A stretch of DNA of 64,000 bases from Octopus sinensis (GCF_006345805.1 NC_043002.1:36642001-36706000), one strand, 5' to 3'. Positions 1-12,215 are shown, numbered from the stretch's first letter. The notes: generated from the sequence alone by a model not told the origin. Numbers and translations are program-made.

Positions 1-365
1 CAACAAGCCAAGCCACATGAGGAAGAACGGGTTTTTTCCCTGTCATTCTGAAATCAATTGATCCATAGCTGAACCAATTCATGAATCTATTCATTCATTT
101 TCCTTACTTTTAGTGCATGTTTACGTAAGGTAGATTTGTGCCATTTGGCATCTTTCAGCATGTAGCTTAACCTGTTGTAAGACTCGTTTTTTGCCCTTGT
201 GGATTTAAAAATATACTTATAAAATTATATATTCTATATATTTACACATACATACATACATACATATATAGATATATTACGTTTATATATTATATATTAT
301 ATATACGTTTATATATTGGCTAAACTAGCAAAATGACCATTCCTAAATACAACAGTATATATATA

Positions 366-740
366 TTTGATTAATGAGACAGATGGAAGATGGAAGATAC
401 GAGATTGTTTATTGATCTCTACAATTGTTTTAACTCATCTACCATAATTTCCCCATGGGTTGGATACTGAATATCTCGTTTAGATGTGTCTGTTGGTGTA
501 GATGTGTCTCCTCAGGTGATTACATGATGTGTCTCATTAGAATGACATTTGTTCTGCCAGATTTCTTCTTGGCATATGTTATATAAAAGCAGAAGATTAA
601 GTGTTACAACTTCATTATTATAGAAGATCAATAACAAATATCAGATGCAAAAAGAAACAAATTGATGCTGGATGGGTTGAAACAATTGCAGTGATCAATA
701 AACATTCTTGTATCTTCCATCTCTCTGATTAATCAAATAC
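366..740. mobile_element. Fold-back remnant, probably Penelope pseudo-LTR derived, with degenerate hammerhead motif
   Basis: About 70 nt at 366-440 are an inverted, diverged copy of about 670-740. The minus strand reads atcac-CTGAGGA...(G>A)AAACAATTGTA-gagat; the plus copy has GAAACAATTGCA-gtgat-cAATAAA. Confidence 0.5.
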
Positions 741-823
741 CCTATGAACACCGAGAAAGTGAAAGTACCTTGTATACACTTGGTAAGCTACCAAGTGTAT
801 ACATTATGATTTATTAACTAGAA

Positions 824-859
<36 letters not shown>

Positions 860-1365
860 GTGTATATTACTTTTTTTATCAATCTGAACTTGATAAATTA
901 AAGTATTAAAGCACCAGTCCTGGATGGTAAAGTAGCAGAAACATTAGAGAATTGGGCAAAATGGTTTGTGGCATTTTTTCAGGGGCTCTTTATATTCTGA
1001 GTTCACATGTGATGACACTAGTGTCAGGTTATAAAAGCAATTACTTTATTTTGGGAGATTATTGGTGGTGACAAGATGAGAATTGTTGCATGGACAACTG
1101 CTGATTGCCCATAAAAAAAAAATCCTTGCCAAAGCCTGCCTAAGTATAAATACATGGTAAAGCTTGATTGACAGGGACCTAACACGTACACACAAGCACA
1201 CACACACACACACAGTTACATCATCACCACCATCATCCATAAATCATAAATCCAAAAGAGAAGCACACTCTAAGTTATAGAGCAGTAGAGTTTATTAGAT
1301 AAAGATAGTTATGGCCGGTCTATTCATTATATGGTGTATACATGGTGTATACATTTATATATATA

Positions 1366-1433
<68 letters not shown>

Positions 1434-1874
1434 TAGACGCAGATAACAACTATGTTTGTACATACATACATATATTCACACAATCATACTCATCTACACA
1501 CACACATGCATATGCCCATACATACTATTGATGATTTGTCTTGCTTTATAACAGTAGGTCAAATCAAGAGAATTTAATCACAAGCATCCTTAAACATATT
1601 TTTTTTATTTTGCATTAATGTACATACATCTGTACATACACACACACACATGCACATGCTTGCACACACACACACACACACCACACACACACACATACAT
1701 TTAAACATATCCTCATTTTTACTCTCACGAATGTGCCTCTCTATATGCAACTCCACAAATCACTTTCCAATTATATTCTTATGTAAACTCTCTCTATATC
1801 TGTTCATTCAGAGTTCAGTGTATACATTCCAACAAAAGAAAAATGCAGCTACAATTAATGTATGCTTTGGCTGT

Positions 1875-2165
1875 TCAAGTTTCCACATGCTTTTCAGTTG
1901 AGGCTATCTCAGAACTGAGGTACGTGAAATCATCAATTTGATTCATGGAGTCTCCACTGATGTTGGTGATGGACCCTTGTTGATTGTGAGCAATGAATTT
2001 AATTTCACTAGAATTAGCAAGTAGTCCAACATCATGTGCAACTAATTCTAGACTATGAAGTAATTGGGTGGGGCTTGATATTGTGTCAGAGAGCAAAGCT
2101 AAATCATCAGCATAATTTGCATCAGTTATTTTTTGAGCTGGATGTCTTACTTCTTTTTTTCTTTT
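1875..2165 (-). mobile_element. RTE-like LINE reverse-transcriptase fragment
   Basis: ORF contains ITDANYADDLALL (YADD catalytic motif) followed by VGLLAN...K and DDFTYLSS, typical of RT domains 5-7. Confidence 0.8.
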
Positions 2166-2169
2166 ACAT

Positions 2170-2360
2170 GTTTCAGTCATTTGACTGTAGCCATGCTGGA
2201 GTACCGCCTTTAGTTGAACAAATTGACTCCAGGACTTATTCTTTGTAAGCCTAGTACTTATTCTATCAGTCTCTTTTGCCGAACCGCTAAGTTACAGGGA
2301 CATAAATACACCAGCATCGGTTGTCAAGCGATGTTGGGGGGACAAACACAGACTTATAAA
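2170..2360 (-). mobile_element. 3' half of an abundant SINE (family A/B)
   Basis: tttcagtcatttgactg...ccatgctggag...gaaccgctaagttac...ggttgtcaagcg recurs at about 6075, 32275 and 42610. Confidence 0.75.
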
Positions 2361-2568
2361 CATATACACACACGTACATATAAAGGATTGATATAATGTA
2401 AGATATCACATATTCTTACTAAATTCCAGAAATGAGTTTTATAGTCTATGGTTACATGTTAAAATAATTTCAGAGTGTTTGTTGAAGATGTTATCATAGT
2501 AATATATCATTTCTAGTATGTCTTCTAGGCAAAGGTTACATGTTTTTGAGTATGCAAATATATAATAT

Positions 2569-2635
<67 letters not shown>

Positions 2636-2716
2636 GGTCCCGGTTGATCCGGGTTAACCACAGTAAGTAAGGTACTCAATACATAGCAGAGTAAAATTAA
2701 TTTATTATATAGAAGG

Positions 2717-2766
2717 AGCTTCTACAGGACTAGTACTGTTTCATTCAAGAGAATCTTCAGGAAGCT
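2717..2766 (-). ncRNA. Type I hammerhead ribozyme motif
   Basis: agcttc-CTGAAGA-ttctcttgaat-GAAA-cag-tactagtc-ctg-TA-gaagct: 6-bp stem I, 4-bp stem III and a GUA triplet. Stem II is short and lacks the usual R10.1-Y11.1 pair. AATAAA follows shortly downstream. Confidence 0.65.
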
Positions 2767-3316
2767 ATTTAACAAGAATTGTATTAGCATTTATACATTT
2801 AGGCAGGTTTAAAGGAGTGGTGGTGGGGACTTTTTTGGGGGTAGGCATAAGCGCAAAATATCATACTGGGGGAGTGGTCAAGGAGTCGTGGTGAGTTAGA
2901 TGAAAGAATAGATAAATAAAAAAATAAAAAAAAAAAATAAAAAAAAAAAAAAAAATAAATGTGTGCACATACATACAAAACACATATACATACACACACA
3001 CATACATACGTACACATGTGTGCCTATACATAGGCACACATGTATAGGCACACATGTGTACGTATGATGTGTGTGTGTATGTATATGTGTTTATGTATGT
3101 ATGTGCACACATTTTATTTTTTTTTTTTTTATTTTTTTTATTTTTATTTTATTTTTTATTTTTTATTTATCTATTCTTTCATCTAATCACCACTGACTCC
3201 TTGACCACTCCCCCAAGTATGATATTTTGCGCTATGCCTACCCCCAAAAAAGTCCCCCACCACCACTCCTTTAAACCTGCCTAAATGTATAAATGCTAAT
3301 ACAATTCTTGTTAAAT

Positions 3317-3366
3317 AGCTTCCTGAAGATTTCTCTTGAATGAACAGTACTATTCCTGTAGAAGCT
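3317..3366 (+). ncRNA. Type I hammerhead motif (mirror copy, one A of GAAA missing)
   Basis: agcttc-CTGAAGA-tttctcttgaat-GAA-cag-tactattc-ctg-TA-gaagct. Confidence 0.5.
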
Positions 3367-3377
3367 CCTTCTATATA

Positions 3378-3653
<276 letters not shown>

Positions 3654-4467
3654 TTATATGTATGTGTGTGTCCAGACAAGATTACATGCTTTTGAGTATG
3701 TGCATGTGTATGTATATATATATAAATACTATACACACTATATATGTGTGTGTATTGTGTATGTATGTGTTAGTGTGTATCTATCTATGTACACATATAC
3801 ACATACCCATACATTGAGAAACACTTAGATACTGGTGTCAGATCCAATCTGTTGTGTTTGATCTGACATCCATTACCAACATTTTGTCCTCAACACTAAA
3901 GTAAGCATATGAGGTGAGGTTGGCAGAATTATATAGTGTTCTTCCACTTAACATTCATTGATGTGACTACTGTAGTTCATTCCCTTAATGGGCATACACT
4001 CAAAGTTAATACTCTTGACACAATAACCATTTTTCATTCCCTTGATTTGGTTAATGGAAAACATTAAAGGCTTGAACCCATCGGTCTTTATCACTTAACT
4101 TCCGAACATTAAATCATCACTTTTAACCGCCTTAATCTAACAGCATATAAAAATTTGAATGGCAATAGCTTATCATAAAAATGTTTAAATAATTTATATT
4201 TTAACAGAGTTGTTTCTCAAATATATCTGAAGCTGCCCTTTATTCTATCATTCAAAAGTGTTTGTTTTAAACTGTTCATATTTCAAGATAAACCTTCCAA
4301 CCTCATTTCAGGCAAGAATCTTGGGTTAATTTATATTTTGAATATCAGCTTAATGAAAAAGTCAGTTATTTTAGAAGATCCAATATGATTATGGAAGGGT
4401 AAACCAAAGAGATATGAATGAAGAAACATTCATATTCTGTACATCTTGATATATATGATGATGATGA

Positions 4468-4500
<33 letters not shown>

Positions 4501-4503
<3 letters not shown>

Positions 4504-4670
4504 TACACTCTTGGAGTGGTTGGCGTTAGGAAGGGCCAGCTGTAGAAACTCTGCCAAATCAAGATTGGAGCCTGATGCAGCCATCTGGTTCACCAGCCCT
4601 CAGTCAAAATCGTCCAACCCATGCTAGCATGGAAAGCGGACGTTAAACGATGATGATGAGGATGATGATG
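4501..4670 (+). mobile_element. Family C retroelement 3' end with (GAT)n tail
   Basis: ggagtggttggcgttaggaagggc..cagctgtagaaac...ccaacccatgctagcatggaaagcggacgttaaacgatgatg. Roughly 20 full or partial copies occur across the window. The tail resembles RTE-clade 3' ends. Confidence 0.8.
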
Positions 4671-4684
4671 ACATATGTATATAC

Positions 4685-5330
4685 TTCAGAGGTGGTATGA
4701 ACACAACCAGTACTCAAGTTTAGAAATATAACGGGTCAGTCAGAACTACCTTTAAGTGGCACTTATACAACTACAGGTCCTCTTTCAGGGGTTCGAAAAG
4801 ACAGTATGTCACGTCCCTGGTCAGTCATGTATAGCAACTTAAGGATGAAGGAACCCTATAAGAAATTAAATGGAAGATCATATAGGAGCTGGGGTCCTAC
4901 ATAAATGGGAACAAAAGATGCAAACTTTGCATAGCAGAGCAAACAAGGATCCTTAAAGACTCCCTGACTCAGAATCTCCCTTAAATTCTAGACATTTCAA
5001 ATGCTACCTGTTGCAGGCAATGGATTCCCCATTCATCGATTAGAACTGGAAAGAGTCCATGCCGACTGGAAGTCGCTTAAGGGTGGAAATTCCTTGTTTA
5101 CCCCTGAAATCCATCACCTTCTTCAACAGAACTGGTCTAAGGGAAATAACTTATCCTGGCCAAACCTCAAACAGTATTTTATTCTTTGTTGACAAATTAA
5201 CTGACCACAATGGATTTCTGCCTCCGTTTGAAGAGGGTTTATAGGCCCTCCACCTATTAGAGTCTGACGAGTCATCTATAAAGCACTTAGCTTTATGGAT
5301 GTGAAGCCATTGGTCACTCTATGACCGGAC
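4685..5330 (+). mobile_element. Penelope-like element 3' fragment: decayed GIY-YIG endonuclease plus pseudo-LTR
   Basis: From about 4724 reads KYNGSVRTTFKWHLYNYRSSF...TSLVSHV*QLKD...IKWKII*...YINGNKRCKLCIAEQTRIL, the YIG...R..NH...IKW...CxLC pattern of PLE endonucleases, with three in-frame stops. A hammerhead follows. Confidence 0.8.
5258..5321 (+). ncRNA. Type I hammerhead ribozyme motif
   Basis: tagagt-CTGACGA-gt-catctataaagc-actta-gctttatggatg-t-GAAG-cca-t-tgg-TC-actcta: perfect 6-bp stem I, 12-bp stem II, GUC site after 5315. A15.1 is replaced by G. Confidence 0.8.
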
Positions 5331-5804
5331 ATATATTTAACTGCAAGTAAATACATATATATGTATTTATGTGTGTGTGTGTGTATAATGGGTTTCTTTT
5401 AGATTCTATTAACCAAATCCACTCATAAGGATTCAATCTGCCAAATCTACTGTAGTAGAAAACACGTGGCCAAGTGCTATGCAGTGGGACAGAACCCAAG
5501 ACCACATAGTTGTGAAGTAGGTTTCTTAACTACAGCGTCATGCCTGTACTTATATGTACATACACACAAATATATAAAATGTATGTATATATACATGTAC
5601 ACGCACACACACACACACACACACATACACATGTATGTATGTATGTATGTATGTATATGATGAAAGAGATAGAAAAAAGGAGAGTGAGTAAAATATGATT
5701 TGCTCCATTTATGGACTGGGTATTTATCAGAGAAAACACAGTCAATTTTATATTCTGTTTAGATCTCTGAAAAGATTTGAGAACATCAAATAGAATTAAT
5801 ACTG

Positions 5805-5837
<33 letters not shown>

Positions 5838-5913
5838 ATATATACACATACAAATAAATCTATACACACACAACCATCTATATACATATTTATTTACACA
5901 CAAGAATACATGC

Positions 5914-5956
<43 letters not shown>

Positions 5957-6064
5957 GTATGTATATATATAATGTGTAAATATGTTTATATATATGTATA
6001 GATATATGTGTGAGTGTGCTTGTATCTGAGTGGTTTTATATGTTTACATGCATGCATGACTGTA

Positions 6065-6425
6065 TTCTTTTATTTGTTTCAGTCATTTGATTGCAGCCAT
6101 GCTGGAGCACTGCCTTTAGTTGAACAAATCAACCCCAGGACTTATTCTTTGAAAGTCTAGTACTTATTCTATCGGTCTTTTTTGCCAAACCACTAAGTGA
6201 GGGTGACATAAGCACACAAACATCGGTTGTCAGGTGATGGTTGGGAGACAAATACACGCACACATATATATGTATGATGACTTCTTTCAATTTCTGTCTA
6301 CCAAATCCACTCACAAGGCTTTGGTTGGCCTGAGGCTATAGTGGAAGACACTGGCCAAAGGTGCCATAAAGTGGGGCTGAACCTGGAAGCATGTGGTTGG
6401 TAAGCATGCTTCTTACCACATAGCC
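6065..6425 (-). mobile_element. Near full-length tRNA-derived SINE (family A/B) with internal microsatellite
   Basis: The minus strand has a ggctatgtggtaag...ggttcagcccc head, a gccttgtgagtggatttggtaga body, a short TA/TG tract and then the family A tail. The same layout occurs at 42610-43030. Confidence 0.75.
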
Positions 6426-6429
6426 TCTC

Positions 6430-6465
<36 letters not shown>

Positions 6466-6487
6466 ATATATATATACACACATATAT

Positions 6488-6646
6488 ACAATGGGCTTCT
6501 CCCAGTTTCCGTCTACCAAATCCACTCACAAGGCTTTGGTCAGCCTGAGGCTATAGTAGAAGACACTTGCCCAAGGCGCCATGCGGTGGGACTGAACCTG
6601 GAACTATGTGGTTGGTAAACAAGCTACTTACCACACAGCCACTCCT
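6488..6646 (-). mobile_element. tRNA-derived SINE head and body (family B)
   Basis: ggagtggctgtgtggtaag (A-box-like)...ggttcagtccc (B-box-like)...gccttgtgagtggatttggtagacggaaactg. Other copies at about 5385-5545, 13780-13910, 17790-17935 and 27040-27168. Confidence 0.8.
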
Positions 6647-7449
6647 ATACATACATCTATATCTATATCTATCTATCTATCTATATATATATAGATATAG
6701 ATAGATATAAATGTAAACATATATGTATACATATAAATATAATTACACAAACTCAAACACACACACAATACACACACACACACACACACATGAATACACA
6801 TAGACATATACATATGAACATATACATATCTATCTCTCTTTATATATGTTTAACTTTGAGGTAATGTGACAAAATTTTGTAAACAAGTATTTAGACATTC
6901 ACATATTTATATGCACTTATGTTAATCTCTCTATTTCTTTTTCTTTTTCTTTTCTTTTCAAGGAAGCATCATTAATCAATGTAAAAGTTCAACATCACCA
7001 ACTGTTTGACTGGTCTCTCCCTTCTGTCTGCTGTATCTATCAAAGGAACACTTAGCTATACAAAGAATCTTTATGTATTTGAAAGCTTATGAACATGTAA
7101 ACATTTCATTTTTTTTTTATTAGTTGCATCTGTAAGAGAGCAACACTGGAAGTTAATTTGAAGATGATAAAACAATAGCATTTGATTCATTGTGTGTTAG
7201 GAGTTCATTGAGTAAATATGTCAGTCTGGGCAAACAGTTTAAAGCATCTACTTCAGACATTATTAGCAAGCTGGGTTATAGTCTAGCTCCATGCTGAGAT
7301 TTCTTGCTGCTCTGCTCTTTAATATAAAAACTGAAATGCCATTACCTATGGAACCCAGCAGTCAATAATTATAGCATACCAATAATATGTTATCATTGTT
7401 GTTCACACTCTCACTCCTTTTCTAAGTATTTATGCAAATGTCATGCATG

Positions 7450-7480
<31 letters not shown>

Positions 7481-7484
7481 AATA

Positions 7485-7730
7485 AATGCGCCTTTTTAAA
7501 GACTAGCCAGGCTCATGGGCCCAGTTTCCTGGTTTCTATGGCATATGTGTTCCCCAGCTGGATGGGACACCAGTCCATCGCAGCGTTACTCATTTTTGCC
7601 AGATGAGTGGACTGGAGCAATGTGAAATGAAGTGTTTTACTCAAGAACACAATGCGTCGCCCGGTCCAGAAATCAAAACCACAATCTTACAATCATGATG
7701 TTGACACCCTAACCACTAAGCCACACACCA
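7485..7730 (-). mobile_element. tRNA-derived SINE (family E-related)
   Basis: tggcttagtggttagggtg head followed by tgtgttcttgag.aa..cactt...ttgctccagtccactca. A related copy lies at 59955-60270 (+). Confidence 0.7.
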
Positions 7731-7749
7731 TAATATATATATATATATA

Positions 7750-8045
7750 TACGTAAAAAGCACCAGCCGATCATGGCCATTGCCAGCGTTGCCTGGCCTC
7801 TGTGCTAGTGGCACGTAAAAAGCACCATCCGATCGTGGCCGTTTGCCAGCCTTGTCTGGCACCTGTGCCGGTGGCACATAAAAAGCACCCACTACACTTA
7901 CGGAGTGGTTGGCGTTAGGCAGAGCATCCAGCCGTAGAAACACTGCCAGATCAGACTGGGCCTGGTGCAGTCTTCTGGCTTCCCAGACCCCAGCTGAACT
8001 GTCCAACCCATTCTAGCATGGAAAGCGGACGCTAAACGATGATGA
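7750..8045 (+). mobile_element. Family C retroelement with internal tandem units
   Basis: Repeated gtggcacgtaaaaagcacc units precede the conserved 3' end and (GAT)n tail. Confidence 0.8.
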
Positions 8046-8064
8046 TATATATATATACATACAC

Positions 8065-8156
<92 letters not shown>

Positions 8157-8214
8157 GTCGTTGGTATTTTATAGTATGTCTGATAATTTATTTAGTTTCT
8201 TCTTGACCACTTCT

Positions 8215-8400
8215 TCCACTCAGTCCATGTTTATGCCTCTGATGACTCATGAGGCCTATTCTTTCATGGAAGTATCTGTTGCAAAGCCCACAAGGGATCC
8301 GTGGTGGAAGCTTTGGTTGTTGCAGCCTCCATTTTCTTTCTCGTCATTTCTCTTCCGCTTTCCTTTGTTGTTCATCTTCAAAATGATCTGTCACAGTGGA
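8215..8400 (-). mobile_element. LINE (RTE-like) ORF C-terminal fragment with C2H2 zinc finger
   Basis: Minus frame reads DHFEDEQQRKAEEK*RERKWRLQQPKLPPRIPCGLCNRYFHERIGLMSHQRHKH. CxxC...RIGLxSHxR is typical of RTE-type ORF ends. The stop is a probable CGA>TGA decay. Confidence 0.7.
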
Positions 8401-8795
8401 GATGGAATGCTGCCAGCTGGCCACTATTTACTGGAGCAATGTGAAATAAAATGTCTTGCTCAAGGACACAACTGCTTGGAATTGAACTTATGGCCTTGTG
8501 ATTGTGAGCTGAATACTTAAACCACTTAGCCACATGCCTTCACTTGTATACAGAAACACACACACACACACGCATATATATCTTATATATATCTCAAACA
8601 TCGTTACACACTTGTAATCAAATGGAATTGATTAGATCAACACCAGTGCTTATCTGACACATTTTATTAATAGATAAAAGAGTTAGCTTTAGAGGGATTT
8701 GAACTCAGAATATAAAGGGGTGCAACTGAATATTGCCTTTTGCTTATTGCTTTATTGATTCTATCAATTCACCATCCTTATGTGACTAGATAACC

Positions 8796-8826
<31 letters not shown>

Positions 8827-9028
8827 ATGTATGTGTGTGTGTGTGTTCATATTTGTGTGTATGCATAAAGATGCTGTAATAGTGATCTGTCTATCTCATA
8901 AGTGCATGAAGAAAGAGAACCAAAACCTATTCAAAAGTCGTTGGCACAGTAGAACTGATACAGGTCTGTTATGCAGTAATAGGTTATCTAGTCACATAAG
9001 GATGGTGAATATATATACATATATATAC

Positions 9029-9068
<40 letters not shown>

Positions 9069-9211
9069 ATATACATATATATAAGCCTTGATATTCTATT
9101 TGACACACACACTTTTCATTATTCCATTTATTACTGAATGTGGATGATTTGATTTTTTGTTGATATACCTTTATATTAGGTTTATAATATGTCTTGTATA
9201 CATACATACAT

Positions 9212-9242
<31 letters not shown>

Positions 9243-9513
9243 TAATATATATATATATATTATATTATATATATATATATATGTATACATACATAGATAC
9301 ATATTGTCACACATTTATGGGTCTTATACGCACATCATTGTTGCCAATTGAGAGAAAAATAAATTTACTGTGATAACATGAGAAAGCAGAATAGAAAATT
9401 TTAAAATGTATATCATAGCATCAAATAAAATTTGTAAATTTAGAAAAAAAAAAAAAAAAAGGGTGCAAATTATACATTAAAATTCTTTGAGTTACGTAAT
9501 GAATACCTGACAT

Positions 9514-9566
<53 letters not shown>

Positions 9567-9604
9567 TATATATTATTTACATATATTATATATATATATA
9601 TATA

Positions 9605-9635
<31 letters not shown>

Positions 9636-10040
9636 TTATTTACAGATATTATTTAATATATACATATAGTTGATATTAACTTATTTGTTTTAGATAAACA
9701 ACAGTTAAAAAAGAATTGTGTTTTTTTCCTGACAGAATCTCAGATAAATTCTACAGAGTTCCTGAAGTTATTTTTTTTACATTACTTAGAGTGTTCCTTT
9801 GGTAATTCCACCAATAAATACCCAACTGAGTATCTGAAAGAATTGATATTAGTTCATGACCTTTAGACAAAACATACTGGAAAAATTGCTTTGTTGGTTT
9901 ACCTCTACATTCATTATAGTGTTATACAGAAAATTCCAATAGAAGCTCATATACTAAAAAAAAACAACAACAACTGAAAGAGATGAGTATCAATGTTACA
10001 TGTAGCCAAAAAGAAAGGAGATAACAGATATCTGACTTAC

Positions 10041-10196
10041 TTCGAGATGCTTCATGAGAACTGCGACGACAACATTGACTAGGACAAACTGCGCCATCAA
10101 AACAAAAACAACGAAGTAAACGGGAGCAATAATGGGGCTAACACAGCAGTTCTTTTCGCAGTCGTCAGATGCATCACAATCTTCCCTCAAGGTATC
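10041..10196 (-). CDS. Cav3: Cav3 exon: post-pore loop, IVS6 and start of C-terminus
   Basis: Acceptor attttctgttctag, donor gtaagt, 156 nt. Translates [52 protein letters not shown]. Confidence 0.97.
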
Positions 10197-10834
10197 CTAG
10201 AACAGAAAATATTCATTTGTGTTTTTTAATTGAACATTTAAAAAAAAAATGTATTGTACTTTTGAATCAACTAGCATCTATTGTTTTGTGTGTGTGTGTG
10301 CTTGTGTGCATATGGGCATACGTGTATGTGTCTGTTGTGTGTGTGTGTGTGTGTGTTGTGTGTGTGTGTGTGTCTGTTGTGTGTGTGTGTCTGTGTGCAA
10401 ATATATACATATACATACATATTACCGAAAGCTACAAACTGTAATTACATGAAACCCAAGGTTTTAGACTTATTATTCAGTTTAGTGTAACGATAATCAT
10501 ACATGGTAGAATCATGAACATCAGAATTCAAGTTAGATTTCTTATTCCTATTTCTGATATCCTTATTTTGATATCAATTTTTATTTTCAGTAATTCTTAT
10601 TCTGCTATTTGTATAAGCCTTTGTTTTCCACAATTTCAACATTATCACCTAAATTTTCTTTATGTTCACTGCCAATCTCTATACATTTTGGTGTTCTTAT
10701 TTTTATATTTGAATTGATTAATTATACTATTCTTAGGTAATTGCTAATGATGAATTTTTTCAGTGTATCCTGCACTAGCTAATATTGCATTTTAAAATTC
10801 TGCATGTGAATTGAATATTACTTCATTCACAGAA

Positions 10835-11485
10835 AGCTTTGATATTCAGTTTGATACACTCTTCATTATTCCATTTATTACAGAATGTGGGTGATTTGAT
10901 TTTTTGTTGACATACCATTGCATTAGGTTTATGGTATGGTTCATATAAGCCAGTATTTAAATTAAGCATTCACAAAAGGCACCTGTGCTAGTGAAACGCA
11001 AGAGGCACACATGCTGGTGACACATAAAAGGCACCTGTGCTGGTGACAGGTAAGAGGCATCCATACCAGTGACATGCAACAGGCACCTGTGTTAGTGACA
11101 CATTAAAAGCACCTGTGCTGGTGACATTGTAAAAGACACCCAGTACACTCTATGGAGTGGTTGGCATTAGGAAGGGCATCCAACCACAGAAACCAAGCCA
11201 AAACAGACTGGAGCCTGGTGCAGTTCTCTGGCTTAACAGTTCCAGTCAAAATATCTAAGCCATGCCAGCACGGAAAATGGACGCTAAATGATGATTATGA
11301 TGATGATGATGATGGAGAAAATTCACAACGGGATAATTGTTTTCAATAGTTACAGACAGTTCGCAGTTTCTAAATAATTTAAATAATCTCTTTGTATATC
11401 TCTCCATTTCAACTTTACTACAATTATCTACTATGAAAAGAGTGTCATCCCCATAAAGACATCCTCCCAACTTAGGAATCATGCA
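10835..11485 (-). mobile_element. Penelope-like RT fragment split by a family C insertion (10975-11312, +)
   Basis: 11485-11315 reads GCLYGDDTLFI...KRLFKLFRNCELSVTIENNYPVVNFL (PLE YRDD region). It continues at 10970-10850 with the PYHKPN...KSNHP-like region. A second piece of that region is at 9085-9197. Confidence 0.65.
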
Positions 11486-11988
11486 AGTAAATTTGTTAGT
11501 TTAATAGACTTTCTTGATGACTTGGAAAGTAACAGAGTAAAACCTGTGATAGTGATACTGGTTATCTAAAATTAAGTCTGTAAGGTGTCAGCTTTTGCTA
11601 TCTCGCTGAGTTAAGGAACAGAGCATATGCCACTGGTTTTCTTTGAAGTGGAACAGTAACAGACGTAAACGATGGGTAATTGTTAAAGTTTTTCCTTTTA
11701 TGACATCTTTATCTTCAGTTTTTTTTACCTAAAATTCCAGACAAGTCTGTGATTAAAGATGGAATGATTATGTGGTTTCTTTATTCTTTAAATTCTATTC
11801 CCTTCATTTATTTTTGTTGTTTTTCACATTTGTATCCTTTTGTATTTGCTTGTTCCTCTTTGTCAGAGGAATGCTAAAAATAGTACTTTGGTATGTGTGT
11901 ATAATGTAAAGAAACTAAAGATGATACAGCAGTACTATGACTCTGGTCACCTGAGGATGTACATATATACAGCTATTGTTGAATCATA

Positions 11989-12215
11989 TTAACCCTTTCA
12001 TATTTAGATTATTTGTCCAAATGTTGTGCTTATTGATTTACATTTTTTAAAATTAATCATGCGTCATCTTGTAGCTTCAAGATTTCAATGATGTGACTAT
12101 CTATTTTTAGAATGACATTGGAGGATAGATGTAAGAAACCGGATCTGACCAGTCTGCACATAAAAGTGGTAGAATATATGGGTTACATATGACCAGTTGA
12201 AATGTTAAAGAGTTA
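11989..12215. mobile_element. Short MITE with TTAACCCTTT-type ends (piggyBac-like)
   Basis: Begins ttaaccctttcatattt and ends aaatgttaaagagtta (imperfect TIRs). It lies between the two halves of a hammerhead motif. Confidence 0.5.

Larger units (their letters stand above)
2633..3382. mobile_element. Fold-back element inserted in (TA)n, one hammerhead motif per arm (PLE-like)
   Basis: 2701-~3030 is the reverse complement of ~3041-3382 with a few single-base indels. The left arm extends about 70 nt further. Both flanks are (TA)n. Confidence 0.75.

Noticed and set aside
7750-7900. Repeated gtggcacgtaaaaagcacc units with variable intervening sequence resembling a CRISPR array
   Set aside because: Eukaryotic intron, no cas genes, and the spacers are related to each other. 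They are internal repeats of a dispersed retroelement.
8155-8520. 121-aa plus-strand ORF
   Set aside because: It is the antisense shadow of a LINE zinc-finger fragment joined to a SINE piece.
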